Shown piece by piece: positions 29,934 to 39,046 of a stretch of 64,000 nt of DNA. A program made the position numbers and the translations under genes. Where the stretch lies: contig JAQUUV010000001.1 in the NCBI GenBank assembly GCA_028693695.1, positions 959 to 64,958 on the forward strand, given 5' to 3'. Numbering within the stretch: position 1 is the stretch's first letter; every line of letters starts with the position of its first letter. The notes beneath the pieces are model-generated. The model worked only from the letters and a program-made list of their open reading frames with translations. It was not told where the DNA came from and searched no databases. The DNA comes from Syntrophomonas sp. GTDB taxonomy: Bacteria > Bacillota > Syntrophomonadia > Syntrophomonadales > Syntrophomonadaceae.

Positions 29934-31012
29934 CGCAATTTCATCCTTTGCTTAAACAACAGCCATGCAAACAACGGCGCACCAATAAATCCCGTGATTA
30001 CGCTAAGAGGTACCTCCGCGGCAGTTACCGTGCGCGCCAGCGTATCCACTACCAACATAAACGATGCGCCCACAAATACCGAAATGGGCATGACCTTGGA
30101 ATTATCCGGTCCAACAATCATTCTGCACATATGCGGAATGATTAGTCCCACCCATCCAACCGTACCACTTATGCATACTGCGCAGCCCGTCAATACGGTG
30201 GAACAAATGATGGCGCAGCCGCGAATCGCCTTAATGTTTGTCCCCAGTAAGCTAGCCTCGTTTTCCCCTAGTGATATAATATTGATACGCCAACGGATGA
30301 CAATAAGTATTATCATTGCCACAAACATTGCTGGAAAGACCGCAATGACATCTTCTGCTTTGACGGACGAGATACTTCCCAGTTGCCAATAAGTAATAGC
30401 CGCCAACTGTGTTTCCGGGTCGGCAATGTATTTTAACAAGCCGATGGTAGATATCATGAATCCCGATACAATGACGCCTGAAAGCACAAGCATCAACGAT
30501 GAACTATTGCGCATCAGTTTGGGAATGGCAGTTGCGATGAATACTGCAACCAAACCAAAAGCCAATGCGAAGAGCTGAATTCCTATATGTCCCAGACCCA
30601 TTAGTATAGCCAGCGCTGCACCTACACACGAACCCGAGGATACACCGAGCAGGTCTGGAGAAACCAACGGGTTTTTAAATATGCCTTGATAGGTTGCGCC
30701 AGAAAGCGAGAGTGCCGCACCGACAAGCAAAGCTGCTATCATACGCGGAAGCCTTACCTTTAATACCACGTTTTCCATGATGTCTGTCCATGTTCGTTCT
30801 ATTGGAAAAATGGGAGAAAGCAGGATTCTTATTATATCTTCCAGACTTAAACTGTATCTGCCTAAGCAGAGGGAAACTAAGCTTAGTACAAGAGTTAAGA
30901 TAATCATCAGAACGAGCACCCGACATCGCCGCTTGTCATTTGCCATTCTTACCAATTCCACAGATTTATTCGAATTCATTCCAACTTCACTGCCCCTTAT
31001 TACATCCCACAT
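29930..31012 (-). CDS. FecCD/BtuC-family ABC permease (cassette 2)
   Basis: GAALSLSGATYQGIFKNPLVSPDLLGVSSGS, GAPLFAWLL. The start is uncertain (31012 or 30979). Confidence 0.9.
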   Translation of the reverse strand: MWDVIRGSEVGMNSNKSVELVRMANDKRRCRVLVLMIILTLVLSLVSLCLGRYSLSLEDIIRILLSPIFPIERTWTDIMENVVLKVRLPRMIAALLVGAALSLSGATYQGIFKNPLVSPDLLGVSSGSCVGAALAILMGLGHIGIQLFALAFGLVAVFIATAIPKLMRNSSSLMLVLSGVIVSGFMISTIGLLKYIADPETQLAAITYWQLGSISSVKAEDVIAVFPAMFVAMIILIVIRWRINIISLGENEASLLGTNIKAIRGCAIICSTVLTGCAVCISGTVGWVGLIIPHMCRMIVGPDNSKVMPISVFVGASFMLVVDTLARTVTAAEVPLSVITGFIGAPLFAWLLFKQRMKLR

Positions 31013-31083
31013 CCATTTTGTAAACTCACCCCAACTTTGTTGGAGTGAGTTTAAATTAGCGCATAATCACCCAAGTTTTATTT

Positions 31084-32157
31084 TTACGGAGCTGTCGGGA
31101 AGAGAATATCCTGAATTTCTTTTTCTGTGGGCGTATATTTATAATACGTATTATAGAAATTAGTTACTTCCGCTTTCATGTCGATATCGGCAAAAAGCTT
31201 AGGCTGAATAACGGTGGCTGCCCACAGCACCTGTAAGGCTTCATCAGCGCTTCTTACGCACCATGGAAACACGCCCCTGGGATTAACATATACTTTGTCA
31301 TTCTTGATAGCTGAGAGTTTGGCCAATCTTGCGTCTGCTAAATAGGCTTTCTTATGAGCATAATCCCTGCAAATGATAATATCAGGATTCCATTGAAGCA
31401 ACTGCTCAGGAGATACGTCTTTGAACGTTCCTTCAATGCCATTTTCAGCAGCAATATTTACACCGCCTGCCATTTCAATCCATGATTTAACAATGGTGCC
31501 ATTGCCTTCTGTATTAAGGATACCGTTTGCAGCATAAAACACGGTAGGGCGGTCTGCCTTCGCGATGGCAGTTGTTTTTGCTGTAACATTATCTATGTTT
31601 TTCTGATAGAACGCACTCAGTTGTGCAGCAATCTTCGTTTCCTTTTCACCCATAATCTCACCAAGAAGATTGACGCATTTAATAAGAGTTTCAGGAGAAG
31701 TACCCATCATCATTACTGCGGGGATACCGGCGTTTTCAACTGTGCTTTTTTGTTCTTTGGTGCTGACGATGACAACATCCGGCTTAAGGCTCATTAGCAT
31801 CTCGACATTAATCTCGCTTGTGGCTGAAATGAACATGGGCAGTTTTGTGATCTCGGGGTAAAATTTAATGTACCATTTATTGTTGACGTTGGATGTGTTG
31901 ACAGCTATGTTTTTTCCAGGGCTGCCAAGCAACAAGAACATTTCTTCAACCGCGGGATAAGTACTGCAGATGCGATTTACTACCTTGGGGATTTTCACTT
32001 CAGCGCCTGTGAAGTCAACGACTGTGCGGGTTTCCGCAACGGTCTTGGTGGATTTATTAGAAGTAGTGGTTGTGGTTTTCTGGCAGCCTGTAGCAAATAC
32101 AGCCATCATCATTATTGCCAACGCAATCGCCAATACCCGTGTTAATTTCTTTTTCAT
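31084..32157 (-). CDS. Periplasmic-binding-protein lipoprotein (cassette 2)
   Basis: Lipobox FATGC. PDVVIVST, PWCVRSADEALQVLWAATVIQPKLF. Confidence 0.85.
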   Translation of the reverse strand: MKKKLTRVLAIALAIMMMAVFATGCQKTTTTTSNKSTKTVAETRTVVDFTGAEVKIPKVVNRICSTYPAVEEMFLLLGSPGKNIAVNTSNVNNKWYIKFYPEITKLPMFISATSEINVEMLMSLKPDVVIVSTKEQKSTVENAGIPAVMMMGTSPETLIKCVNLLGEIMGEKETKIAAQLSAFYQKNIDNVTAKTTAIAKADRPTVFYAANGILNTEGNGTIVKSWIEMAGGVNIAAENGIEGTFKDVSPEQLLQWNPDIIICRDYAHKKAYLADARLAKLSAIKNDKVYVNPRGVFPWCVRSADEALQVLWAATVIQPKLFADIDMKAEVTNFYNTYYKYTPTEKEIQDILFPTAP

Positions 32158-32220
32158 TTTCTTTCCTCCTCGTATAATAATTTTAGAGCCATTAAGTAAT
32201 ACACCTAAAACCCGGCTATT

Positions 32221-32256
32221 ACTAACCTATAACCTAACCTATAACCTAACCTATAG
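32221..32256. repeat. Short tandem repeat (about 2.5 units of TAACCTATAACC)
   Basis: ACTAACCTATAACCTAACCTATAACCTAACCTATAGC, located in the long AT-rich leader of cassette 2. Confidence 0.7.
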
Positions 32257-32504
32257 CACTCTGCTTTTATTGTCCATCTACTTTAAACGGTATGAAATAT
32301 GGGTTATAATTTTATATTTCCCACTACAAAAACCATACTTTTATAAATTTCTTACAATCATTCAGTCGATGCAATTGCCTAATAATGATTTTTTGTTTTC
32401 GGGAAAGAACGGCTTAAACATGTTTCATGTTTACACAAAAAAATATGTAATAAGGCTATCGCATAATAGTCGCGCTTATTACATAAAAATACACACATTT
32501 ATTC

Positions 32505-32620
32505 ATTCTACATTGCACTCCTTTCCAAATTCGGGAGGCATACCAGTTTCCTAGCATACCCATAGGTTACTTTTCATGGCATTAATGCTTTAGAAAAAGC
32601 AACTCGAATTGCATTTATGT
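32505..32620 (-). promoter_or_regulatory. Moco (molybdenum/tungsten cofactor)-type riboswitch candidate
   Basis: The minus strand reads ..TTCGAGTTGC..CTAGGAAACTGGTATGCCTCCCGAATTTGGAAAGGAGTGCAATG. The GGAAAC, GCCUCCC and UGGAAAGGAG blocks keep the same order and spacing as the other two copies and as the E. coli moaA leader I recall (GCCUCCCGUAUCUGGAAAGGUG). The 5' block is less canonical. Confidence 0.55.
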
Positions 32621-32974
32621 TTGTTTTCATTTTTGTTAATGTTATTACCGAACTTTTTTATTGTCAATCCATAATGTGGTAAATACTATTTTATTGTCAA
32701 AACAAGGTTTGTATTACATAAATACTAAGAGATACTATTAGTACAGCAGAACAATTTATTTAACAGACTACCCCGGTATAAAGGCAATCCGTACCTAAAA
32801 GATCGAGGCGTCACCCTTTTCGATAGAAAAAGCCAGGCCCTTCAAACCCCTATGCCCCCCTATCATTATATTTTCTGAAAGGACATCAATTTAAGTCGTC
32901 AATAAATTCAAACATTGCAGGATTCCACATTTTTATGTCGAAATTGAACGCTGTAAACATATATACAACTAAAT

Positions 32975-33070
32975 ATACTCCGAGCCAGTTAACCTAAAGT
33001 GAAACCCAAGGTTTTCAGGACGATAGGGTTTGTCGGGAAACTGACATGCCTCCCAATGTGGAAAGGAGAA
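32975..33070 (+). promoter_or_regulatory. Moco (molybdenum/tungsten cofactor)-type riboswitch candidate
   Basis: ACTCCGAGCCAG..GTCGGGAAACTGACATGCCTCCCAATGTGGAAAGGAGAAG. All three conserved blocks are present (CCGAGCC, GGGAAAC, GCCUCCC-N4-UGGAAAGGAG), and CUCC/GGAG can close P1. A weak hairpin plus T-rich tail lies at 33092..33121. Confidence 0.7.
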
Positions 33071-33266
33071 GCTGAATTCGGCCAGATAACGGGCGGACTG
33101 CTTTTGCGGTTCGCCTTTCTTGTTAATTTGGTTGTGGTTGACTATTAAAAATAGTTTTTTTGCTCGGCATTTCCTTCTGCCGGGCTTTTGCTATTTCTGG
33201 AATCGACTACCTGCCAAGGTTTGCCATAGTAAGCCTTAAGAATTAAATAGACAAGGTGGGATAAAT

Positions 33267-34343
33267 TTGCATGATTCAAATAGTTCTGAAATAGATTTAT
33301 CAATCAAAACAAAAAAAGACGTTGCCAGAAAATTTAATAAGAAATGGATACTTCTTATCCTTAGCCTATTACTAATTGCTACTTTTGCCATTTCTTTCAC
33401 TCTTGGCAGGTATGCAATTCCATTATCGCAGCTTTTTGAAATTCTTTTTTCAAAACTATTTGGGTTTCAGGCGACTTGGGACGCTACGATGGATACCGTA
33501 CTGTTTAAAGTCAGACTGCCAAGGCTTTTAGCAGCCATAATGATTGGGGCGGTCCTGTCTTTATCAGGAGCTACCTATCAGGGATTGTTTAAAAACCCAA
33601 TGGTTTCGGCCGATATTCTGGGAGCCTCGGCTGGAGCTGGGTTTGGAGCTGCTATAGCTATGCTGCTTTCTTTCGATGCCGTTGGAATTCAACTTATGTC
33701 CTTTGCATTCGGTCTGGGTGCGGTTGCGATTACCACCGTAGTCAGCACGATAGTGGGACGCGGCAACGATTCAACCCTATTGCTGGTTCTTACCGGAATG
33801 GTGGTTACTTCACTTTTCTCCTCAGCTATTGCATTAATTAAATATGTTGCAGACCCAGATCTCAAGCTGCGAGAAATAACTTTCTGGCTTATGGGGGGGC
33901 TTTCCGCCATCAGAATGAGCGATTTAAAAATTGTTCTTATTCCAATGATTTTAGGGGCGGTTCCATTGCTGCTTTTGAGATGGAAACTAAATGTTCTTTC
34001 CTTTGGAGATGAAGAGGCCCAAGCAATGGGAATTGACACGTCGCGGTTGAGATTAATCACCATCATTTGTTCTACCCTACTGACCGCCAGTACCGTTTCT
34101 ATTGGTGGGATTATCGGCTGGGTGGGATTGGTCATTCCGCATTTGGCACGAATGCTGGTTGGACCAAATTACAGTATTCTTTTGCCGACATCCTTATTAG
34201 TTGGAGGCTTATACTTGCTGATTGTTGATAATGTTGCAAGATGTATGTTCGCTATGGAAATTCCCCTTGGAATATTAACATCTGTCATTGGAGCACCCTT
34301 CTTCATTTACTTACTTATGCACGGAAAGAGAGGATGGGTATGA
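33267..34343 (+). CDS. FecCD/BtuC-family ABC permease (cassette 3)
   Basis: TTG start behind an AAGGTGGG RBS. GAVLSLSGATYQGLFKNPMVSADILGASAGAG, GAPFFIYLL. Confidence 0.9.
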   Translation: MHDSNSSEIDLSIKTKKDVARKFNKKWILLILSLLLIATFAISFTLGRYAIPLSQLFEILFSKLFGFQATWDATMDTVLFKVRLPRLLAAIMIGAVLSLSGATYQGLFKNPMVSADILGASAGAGFGAAIAMLLSFDAVGIQLMSFAFGLGAVAITTVVSTIVGRGNDSTLLLVLTGMVVTSLFSSAIALIKYVADPDLKLREITFWLMGGLSAIRMSDLKIVLIPMILGAVPLLLLRWKLNVLSFGDEEAQAMGIDTSRLRLITIICSTLLTASTVSIGGIIGWVGLVIPHLARMLVGPNYSILLPTSLLVGGLYLLIVDNVARCMFAMEIPLGILTSVIGAPFFIYLLMHGKRGWV

Positions 34344-35122
34344 AACTAGAAATCAATAATGCTGTTTGTGGATATGGTTCCAAGAAGGTAATAGAAGACA
34401 TATCATTTGATGTAAAGTCAGGAGAAATCCTTTGCTTGCTGGGACCAAACGGAGTGGGCAAGACAACCCTATTTAAAACCATTTTGGGCTTTTTAAGGTT
34501 ACAGAGCGGGGAAATTCTAATTGAAGGAGATAACGTAAAAAACTGGTCTAGAAATCGGTTGGCAAAAGCAATCGGCTATGTACCTCAAGCACATACGCCG
34601 CCCTTCCCTTTTAATGTCCTTGATGTAGTAGTCATGGGAAGGACTGCTCATATAGGTCCTTTTTCATCCCCATCCAAAAAGGATGTTCTAATTGCTGAAG
34701 AAGCATTAGAAACATTAAATATCTCTTTTCTAAAAGACAGAATTTACACCGAAATAAGCGGAGGAGAACGGCAGATGGTGCTGATTGCCCGTGCCCTTAC
34801 TCAGCAACCCGACATTTTAGTAATGGATGAACCGACGGCAAATCTGGATTTTGGGAATCAAATAAAAGTGCTTGAGCAAATAAACCGCTTATCCAAAAAC
34901 GGTTTGGCTGTTTTTATGACTACGCATTTCCCGAATCAGGCGTATCTTTGCTCAACAAAGGTTATCATCCTCCAAAAAAACAATGAGTTTAAAATGGGTC
35001 AAGTTGAGGAGGTGATTACCGAAGAAACCCTTAAAGCAACCTATGGAATCGATGTTAGAATTACCAGTGTAAAAAATCAAAACGGTGACAAAATCAGTGC
35101 TTGCATCCCATTACTCAATTAG
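34340..35122 (+). CDS. ABC ATP-binding protein (cassette 3)
   Basis: ATGA overlap with the permease stop. [27 protein letters not shown]. Confidence 0.9.
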   Translation: MKLEINNAVCGYGSKKVIEDISFDVKSGEILCLLGPNGVGKTTLFKTILGFLRLQSGEILIEGDNVKNWSRNRLAKAIGYVPQAHTPPFPFNVLDVVVMGRTAHIGPFSSPSKKDVLIAEEALETLNISFLKDRIYTEISGGERQMVLIARALTQQPDILVMDEPTANLDFGNQIKVLEQINRLSKNGLAVFMTTHFPNQAYLCSTKVIILQKNNEFKMGQVEEVITEETLKATYGIDVRITSVKNQNGDKISACIPLLN

Positions 35123-35185
35123 CTTGGCCGAGATTCTTTATTCCCGAAAATCATTGATAAATCAAGACAGGAAAGGATGATTAAG

Positions 35186-36250
35186 ATGAAAAATATCAAT
35201 AAAAGCATGGCAGTTGTGGTATTGCTCTTATTAATTCCGATGATTCTGGTCGGCTGCGGTAACAATAAAGCCAATGTTCAAGTACAAACGCCCGCCAAAC
35301 AAACCATCACAGATATGATGGGAAATAAGGTAGAAATTCCGGTTGAAGTGAAAAGGCTAGGCGATAGTTGGCAAGCTCATAATGAAGTGGTGGCAATGCT
35401 AGGGGCTGGCGATCGAATTGTTGCTACAATTCATACACCTCAAAGCAGACCCTGGTTATTTAAAGTTGTTCCTGCCATGAATAATGCCGTCCAAACTTTC
35501 GATGCAAATGGTGTGAAAATTGAAGAATTGATCAAAACAAAACCAGATCTTGTCTTTGTCTCACAAGGTGACAAAAGCGCCAAAACAATTACCGAGGCTG
35601 GCATTCCAGTGGTTGAATTTAAAACCTTTACAAACTATGACGAATTAAAAGAACTTTTCAAATTTACAGCCAGTATGCTCGGAGAAGATGCTAAAAAACG
35701 AGCTGATCTATATGCTTCTTATCTCGACAGTAAAATCAAAATGCTGACTGATGTAACTTCCAAAATACCTGAGGATAAGAAACCGAAAGTATTGCACATA
35801 ACTTCCCTTTCTCCGCTCTCGGTAGATGGTAATAATACCATTATTAATTCCTGGATCGAAGTTGCCGGCGGTATTAATGCAGCTAAAGAAACCAGTGGAA
35901 ACATGGTTAAGGTTAACATGGAGCAGGTATTAAAGTGGAACCCTGATGTAATCATAATAGGCAATACAGTTAAAGATTGGGACAAAGTTCTAACAGACCC
36001 CGAATGGGCAAATATATCTGCTATCAAGACCAAAAAGGTTTATCTTAATCCTGACGGAGCCTTTTATTGGGACCGTTATGGAGCGGAGGAAGCTCTGCAA
36101 ATTCAATGGGCAGCTAAATTATTAAATCCAGACCAGTTCCCAGATCTAGATATAGCCAAAGAAACCAAGACCTTCTACAAAACTTTTTTTAGCTATGACC
36201 TTACTGATGACGATGTGCAACTGATATTGAAAGGATTACCCCCCAAATAA
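35186..36250 (+). CDS. Periplasmic-binding-protein lipoprotein (cassette 3)
   Basis: Lipobox LVGC. PDVIIIGN, FYWDRYGAEEALQIQWAAKLLNPDQF. The start could also be 35177. Confidence 0.85.
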   Translation: MKNINKSMAVVVLLLLIPMILVGCGNNKANVQVQTPAKQTITDMMGNKVEIPVEVKRLGDSWQAHNEVVAMLGAGDRIVATIHTPQSRPWLFKVVPAMNNAVQTFDANGVKIEELIKTKPDLVFVSQGDKSAKTITEAGIPVVEFKTFTNYDELKELFKFTASMLGEDAKKRADLYASYLDSKIKMLTDVTSKIPEDKKPKVLHITSLSPLSVDGNNTIINSWIEVAGGINAAKETSGNMVKVNMEQVLKWNPDVIIIGNTVKDWDKVLTDPEWANISAIKTKKVYLNPDGAFYWDRYGAEEALQIQWAAKLLNPDQFPDLDIAKETKTFYKTFFSYDLTDDDVQLILKGLPPK

Positions 36251-36367
36251 AATAGATTTCTAAGCCATTAAAATTTCGGTGCCGTGATGGCGATGTTGCC
36301 TGCCTATCTGATCAGCAATATCGTCTATTGCGGCAATATTAATTATATTTAATGAGGTGAAACAAAT

Positions 36368-37216
36368 ATGGGTATTAAAATCGTTGATGTTCAGGAAGGT
36401 AGCGCTATGGCAGCTAGACTGGCTCTTGAAAAGAAATTGATTCCGTTTATAGGATCAGGATTTACTGCCTATTGCAAGTCAAGGCAGGGATATTGTCCGA
36501 CTGTGGAACAATTAAAAGAGATCAGCCGCAATTTATTAATTAAATTTAATGATTACTTACTTGAGGATATTAATGAAATAAAAACTCATCCAATACGGAC
36601 GTTTTTTGATATTGCTCCACGGTCTGATGTTAAAACATTTTTTCTTGATTACTTTACAGAAATAGAGTTGGAACAATATAAGATGGATTTTTTGAATGTA
36701 ATTGATTGGCCGCGAGTTTACACCTTTAATATTGATAATGCCATTGAAACCCATGGTAATTTTCAAGCGTTACTACCTTATACAAATTATAAGGATTATG
36801 TTATATCTAGGAGGCCTGTTTATAAATTATATGGTGACGCATACAGTGAAGCAGTATTTGATGATTGTGAAGGTGTATCCTTCAGAAATGGTTATGTCAA
36901 AAACCTTACTGCTAAAAAGAATGCGGATTTTGTTGAAAGTATAGGCAACGATTTTGCCAGCAATAATATTATTTATGTCGGTACGAGAATAACACAGAAG
37001 CATATCAGAGACATTTATCAGAAGAGTAAACCAGTGCAAAGTTTGCAACGCATTATTGTACTCGACACAGTACCCACGCCTGAAGAAGAAGAAGGCTTAT
37101 TAGTTGCGGGTGTTAATCTGATTATTCTTGTTAAAGAATATAAGCCGTTTTACACGACGTTTGTCGACTGCTATCGAAAAATGGCTGCCAATCGTAATTC
37201 ATCAGAATCGGCATAA
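36368..37216 (+). CDS. SIR2-like (SIR2_2-type) domain protein, paralog 1
   Basis: The SIR2_2 blocks occur in order: LIPFIGSGFT (GAG-type NAD loop), VYTFNIDNAIE (the TTNYD..E block), VYKLYGDA (the position of the HG block, with Tyr in place of His) and NNIIYVGTRITQKHI. Confidence 0.6.
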   Translation: MGIKIVDVQEGSAMAARLALEKKLIPFIGSGFTAYCKSRQGYCPTVEQLKEISRNLLIKFNDYLLEDINEIKTHPIRTFFDIAPRSDVKTFFLDYFTEIELEQYKMDFLNVIDWPRVYTFNIDNAIETHGNFQALLPYTNYKDYVISRRPVYKLYGDAYSEAVFDDCEGVSFRNGYVKNLTAKKNADFVESIGNDFASNNIIYVGTRITQKHIRDIYQKSKPVQSLQRIIVLDTVPTPEEEEGLLVAGVNLIILVKEYKPFYTTFVDCYRKMAANRNSSESA

Positions 37217-37305
37217 CGAGGGGAGTGTCGCCGCTATGACTGCCGAACGGGGCCATATTTGGACGAACCAAATTTTTGTTCGTATTCTTTTGTTAGGAGG
37301 TAACG

Positions 37306-38145
37306 ATGGGTATTCATATATTAGATATTCCGGAAGGATGCAGCATGGCCGCAGGGCTGGCTTTTGAAAAGAAATTGATCCCGTTTTTTGGTGCGGGATT
37401 TACCGCGAATTGCAGGTCGAAAAACGGGCGCTGCCCGACGTCCCAAGCATTAAACGAAATCATCTGCAATCTGATCATAAAATATAATGACTGCACCATG
37501 GAGGATCTGGAAGGTATATTCCCTTTGTCGCGAAAGCTTTTTGACACAGTTCCCCCTTCGGAGATCCGCTCATTTTATCTTGATTATCTGACGGAAATTG
37601 AGCTGGAACAGTATAAATTCGATTTTTTAAACGTTGTTGACTGGCCCCGCGCCTACACATCCAATGTTGACAACGCCATTGAAAGCAATGGTAGTTTTCA
37701 AGCACTGTTACCATACTATAATTATAAAAACTATGTTATTACCCGAAAACCAGTATATAAACTGTATGGTGATGCATACGCAGAAGCAATGTTTGATGAT
37801 TGCGAAGGAATTGCCTTCAGAAACTCCTATCTTCCAAACCTTACAGCCAAGAAGAACTGGGATTTTGTAGAAAGCCTAATAAGCGATTATTCAAACTATA
37901 ATTTTATTTTTGTCGGAAGCAGCCCAAAAGGCAAAAAGCATATGGCATACATCTTTGAGTGTAGCAAACCCAGCCAGGATTTACAGCGTTTTCTGGTGTG
38001 CAATGCAGTACCCACTCAGGAGGAAGAAGAAAATTTATTAGCCATAGGTGTTGAGCAAATCATTCTTGTTGAAGATTTCGAGCTGTTTTACACAATATTT
38101 GTAGACTGCTATCGAAAAATAGCAGCCAATCGTGCTTCGTTGTAA
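37306..38145 (+). CDS. SIR2-like (SIR2_2-type) domain protein, paralog 2
   Basis: LIPFFGAGFT, AYTSNVDNAIE, VYKLYGDA, YNFIFVGSSPKGKKH. Clear paralog of 36368..37216. Source of the fragment at 27779..28136. Confidence 0.6.
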   Translation: MGIHILDIPEGCSMAAGLAFEKKLIPFFGAGFTANCRSKNGRCPTSQALNEIICNLIIKYNDCTMEDLEGIFPLSRKLFDTVPPSEIRSFYLDYLTEIELEQYKFDFLNVVDWPRAYTSNVDNAIESNGSFQALLPYYNYKNYVITRKPVYKLYGDAYAEAMFDDCEGIAFRNSYLPNLTAKKNWDFVESLISDYSNYNFIFVGSSPKGKKHMAYIFECSKPSQDLQRFLVCNAVPTQEEEENLLAIGVEQIILVEDFELFYTIFVDCYRKIAANRASL

Positions 38146-38295
38146 CCGGCATAATCAGGGTATTCTAAACAATGTATTATGTACCCAACAGCAGACCCTA
38201 TATACTCGCTATAGATTAATTGTATTGTTTGCATATTCTTCACAGTAATGTGAGAAATGCGTTGCGGAAAAAGATCGACAAAAGAAGGGGGAAAT

Positions 38296-39042
38296 ATGAA
38301 AAAAATTGCAATTTACGGCAAGGGCGGAATTGGGAAATCCACAATAACCGCGAATTTGTCGGCGGCTTTGAGCAAGAAAGGCTACAAGGTTATGCAGATC
38401 GGCTGCGATCCCAAGTCCGATTCCACCAAAGCACTGATGCACGGAGTTAAAATCCCCACCGTTTTGGACCAAATCAAGAAAAACGGCAAAAAAGTAACAC
38501 TCAAGGAAATTGTGTTTGAAGGGTATAACGGTGTTCTGTGTGCGGAGGCCGGCGGACCTACGCCCGGGATCGGCTGTGCCGGGCGGGGCATCATTACGGC
38601 TTTTGAAAAGCTGGAGGAGCTGGGGGCTTATGAGATACTCAAACCCGACCTCGTCTTTTACGATGTTTTGGGGGATGTAGTGTGCGGAGGCTTTGCCATG
38701 CCAATCCGCAATGGATACGCCGACCAGGTGTTTATTGTCACTTCTGGAGAGATGATGGCCATGTATGCCGCTTCCAATATCGTAGCCGCCATCGAGGGCT
38801 TCGGAAAACGAGGCTATGCAAAATACTGCGGACTTATCTTAAATTCGCGCGACATAGAGAACGAATATGAGCTGGTCTCAAAGCTAGCGAGAGAAACCAA
38901 AGGCCAGATTATCGGGGTTATACCCCGTAACATCAGTGTTCAAAATGCGGAACGCCTGAATCAAACCGTGGTGGAGGCTTTTCCTGATTCCGAAATGGCC
39001 ATCTGCTATCGAGATTTGGCTGATAAAGTGATGGAGGTGTAA
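38296..39042 (+). CDS. NifH/BchL/CfbC-family ATPase (nitrogenase iron protein-like)
   Basis: MKKIAIYGKGGIGKST (P-loop), CDPKSDST (switch I), and both [4Fe-4S] Cys motifs, GIGCAGRG and DVLGDVVCGGFAMP. Only 248 aa. Start at the ATG behind a GGGGGA RBS. Confidence 0.9.
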   Translation: MKKIAIYGKGGIGKSTITANLSAALSKKGYKVMQIGCDPKSDSTKALMHGVKIPTVLDQIKKNGKKVTLKEIVFEGYNGVLCAEAGGPTPGIGCAGRGIITAFEKLEELGAYEILKPDLVFYDVLGDVVCGGFAMPIRNGYADQVFIVTSGEMMAMYAASNIVAAIEGFGKRGYAKYCGLILNSRDIENEYELVSKLARETKGQIIGVIPRNISVQNAERLNQTVVEAFPDSEMAICYRDLADKVMEV

Positions 39043-39046
39043 GGGC

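Noticed and set aside
32221-32256. A possible CRISPR array or other regular repeat array
   Set aside because: This is only about 2.5 copies of a 12-nt unit with no spacers. No CRISPR-like repeat-spacer structure or cas genes occur anywhere in the window.
36368-38145. The SIR2-like pair as a canonical defence NADase (DSR/Thoeris-like)
   Set aside because: The catalytic His position is Tyr in all copies. No partner domains or genes typical of those systems (TIR, HerA, pAgo, long DSR-type extensions) are present. I kept the pair as SIR2-like proteins of unknown role.
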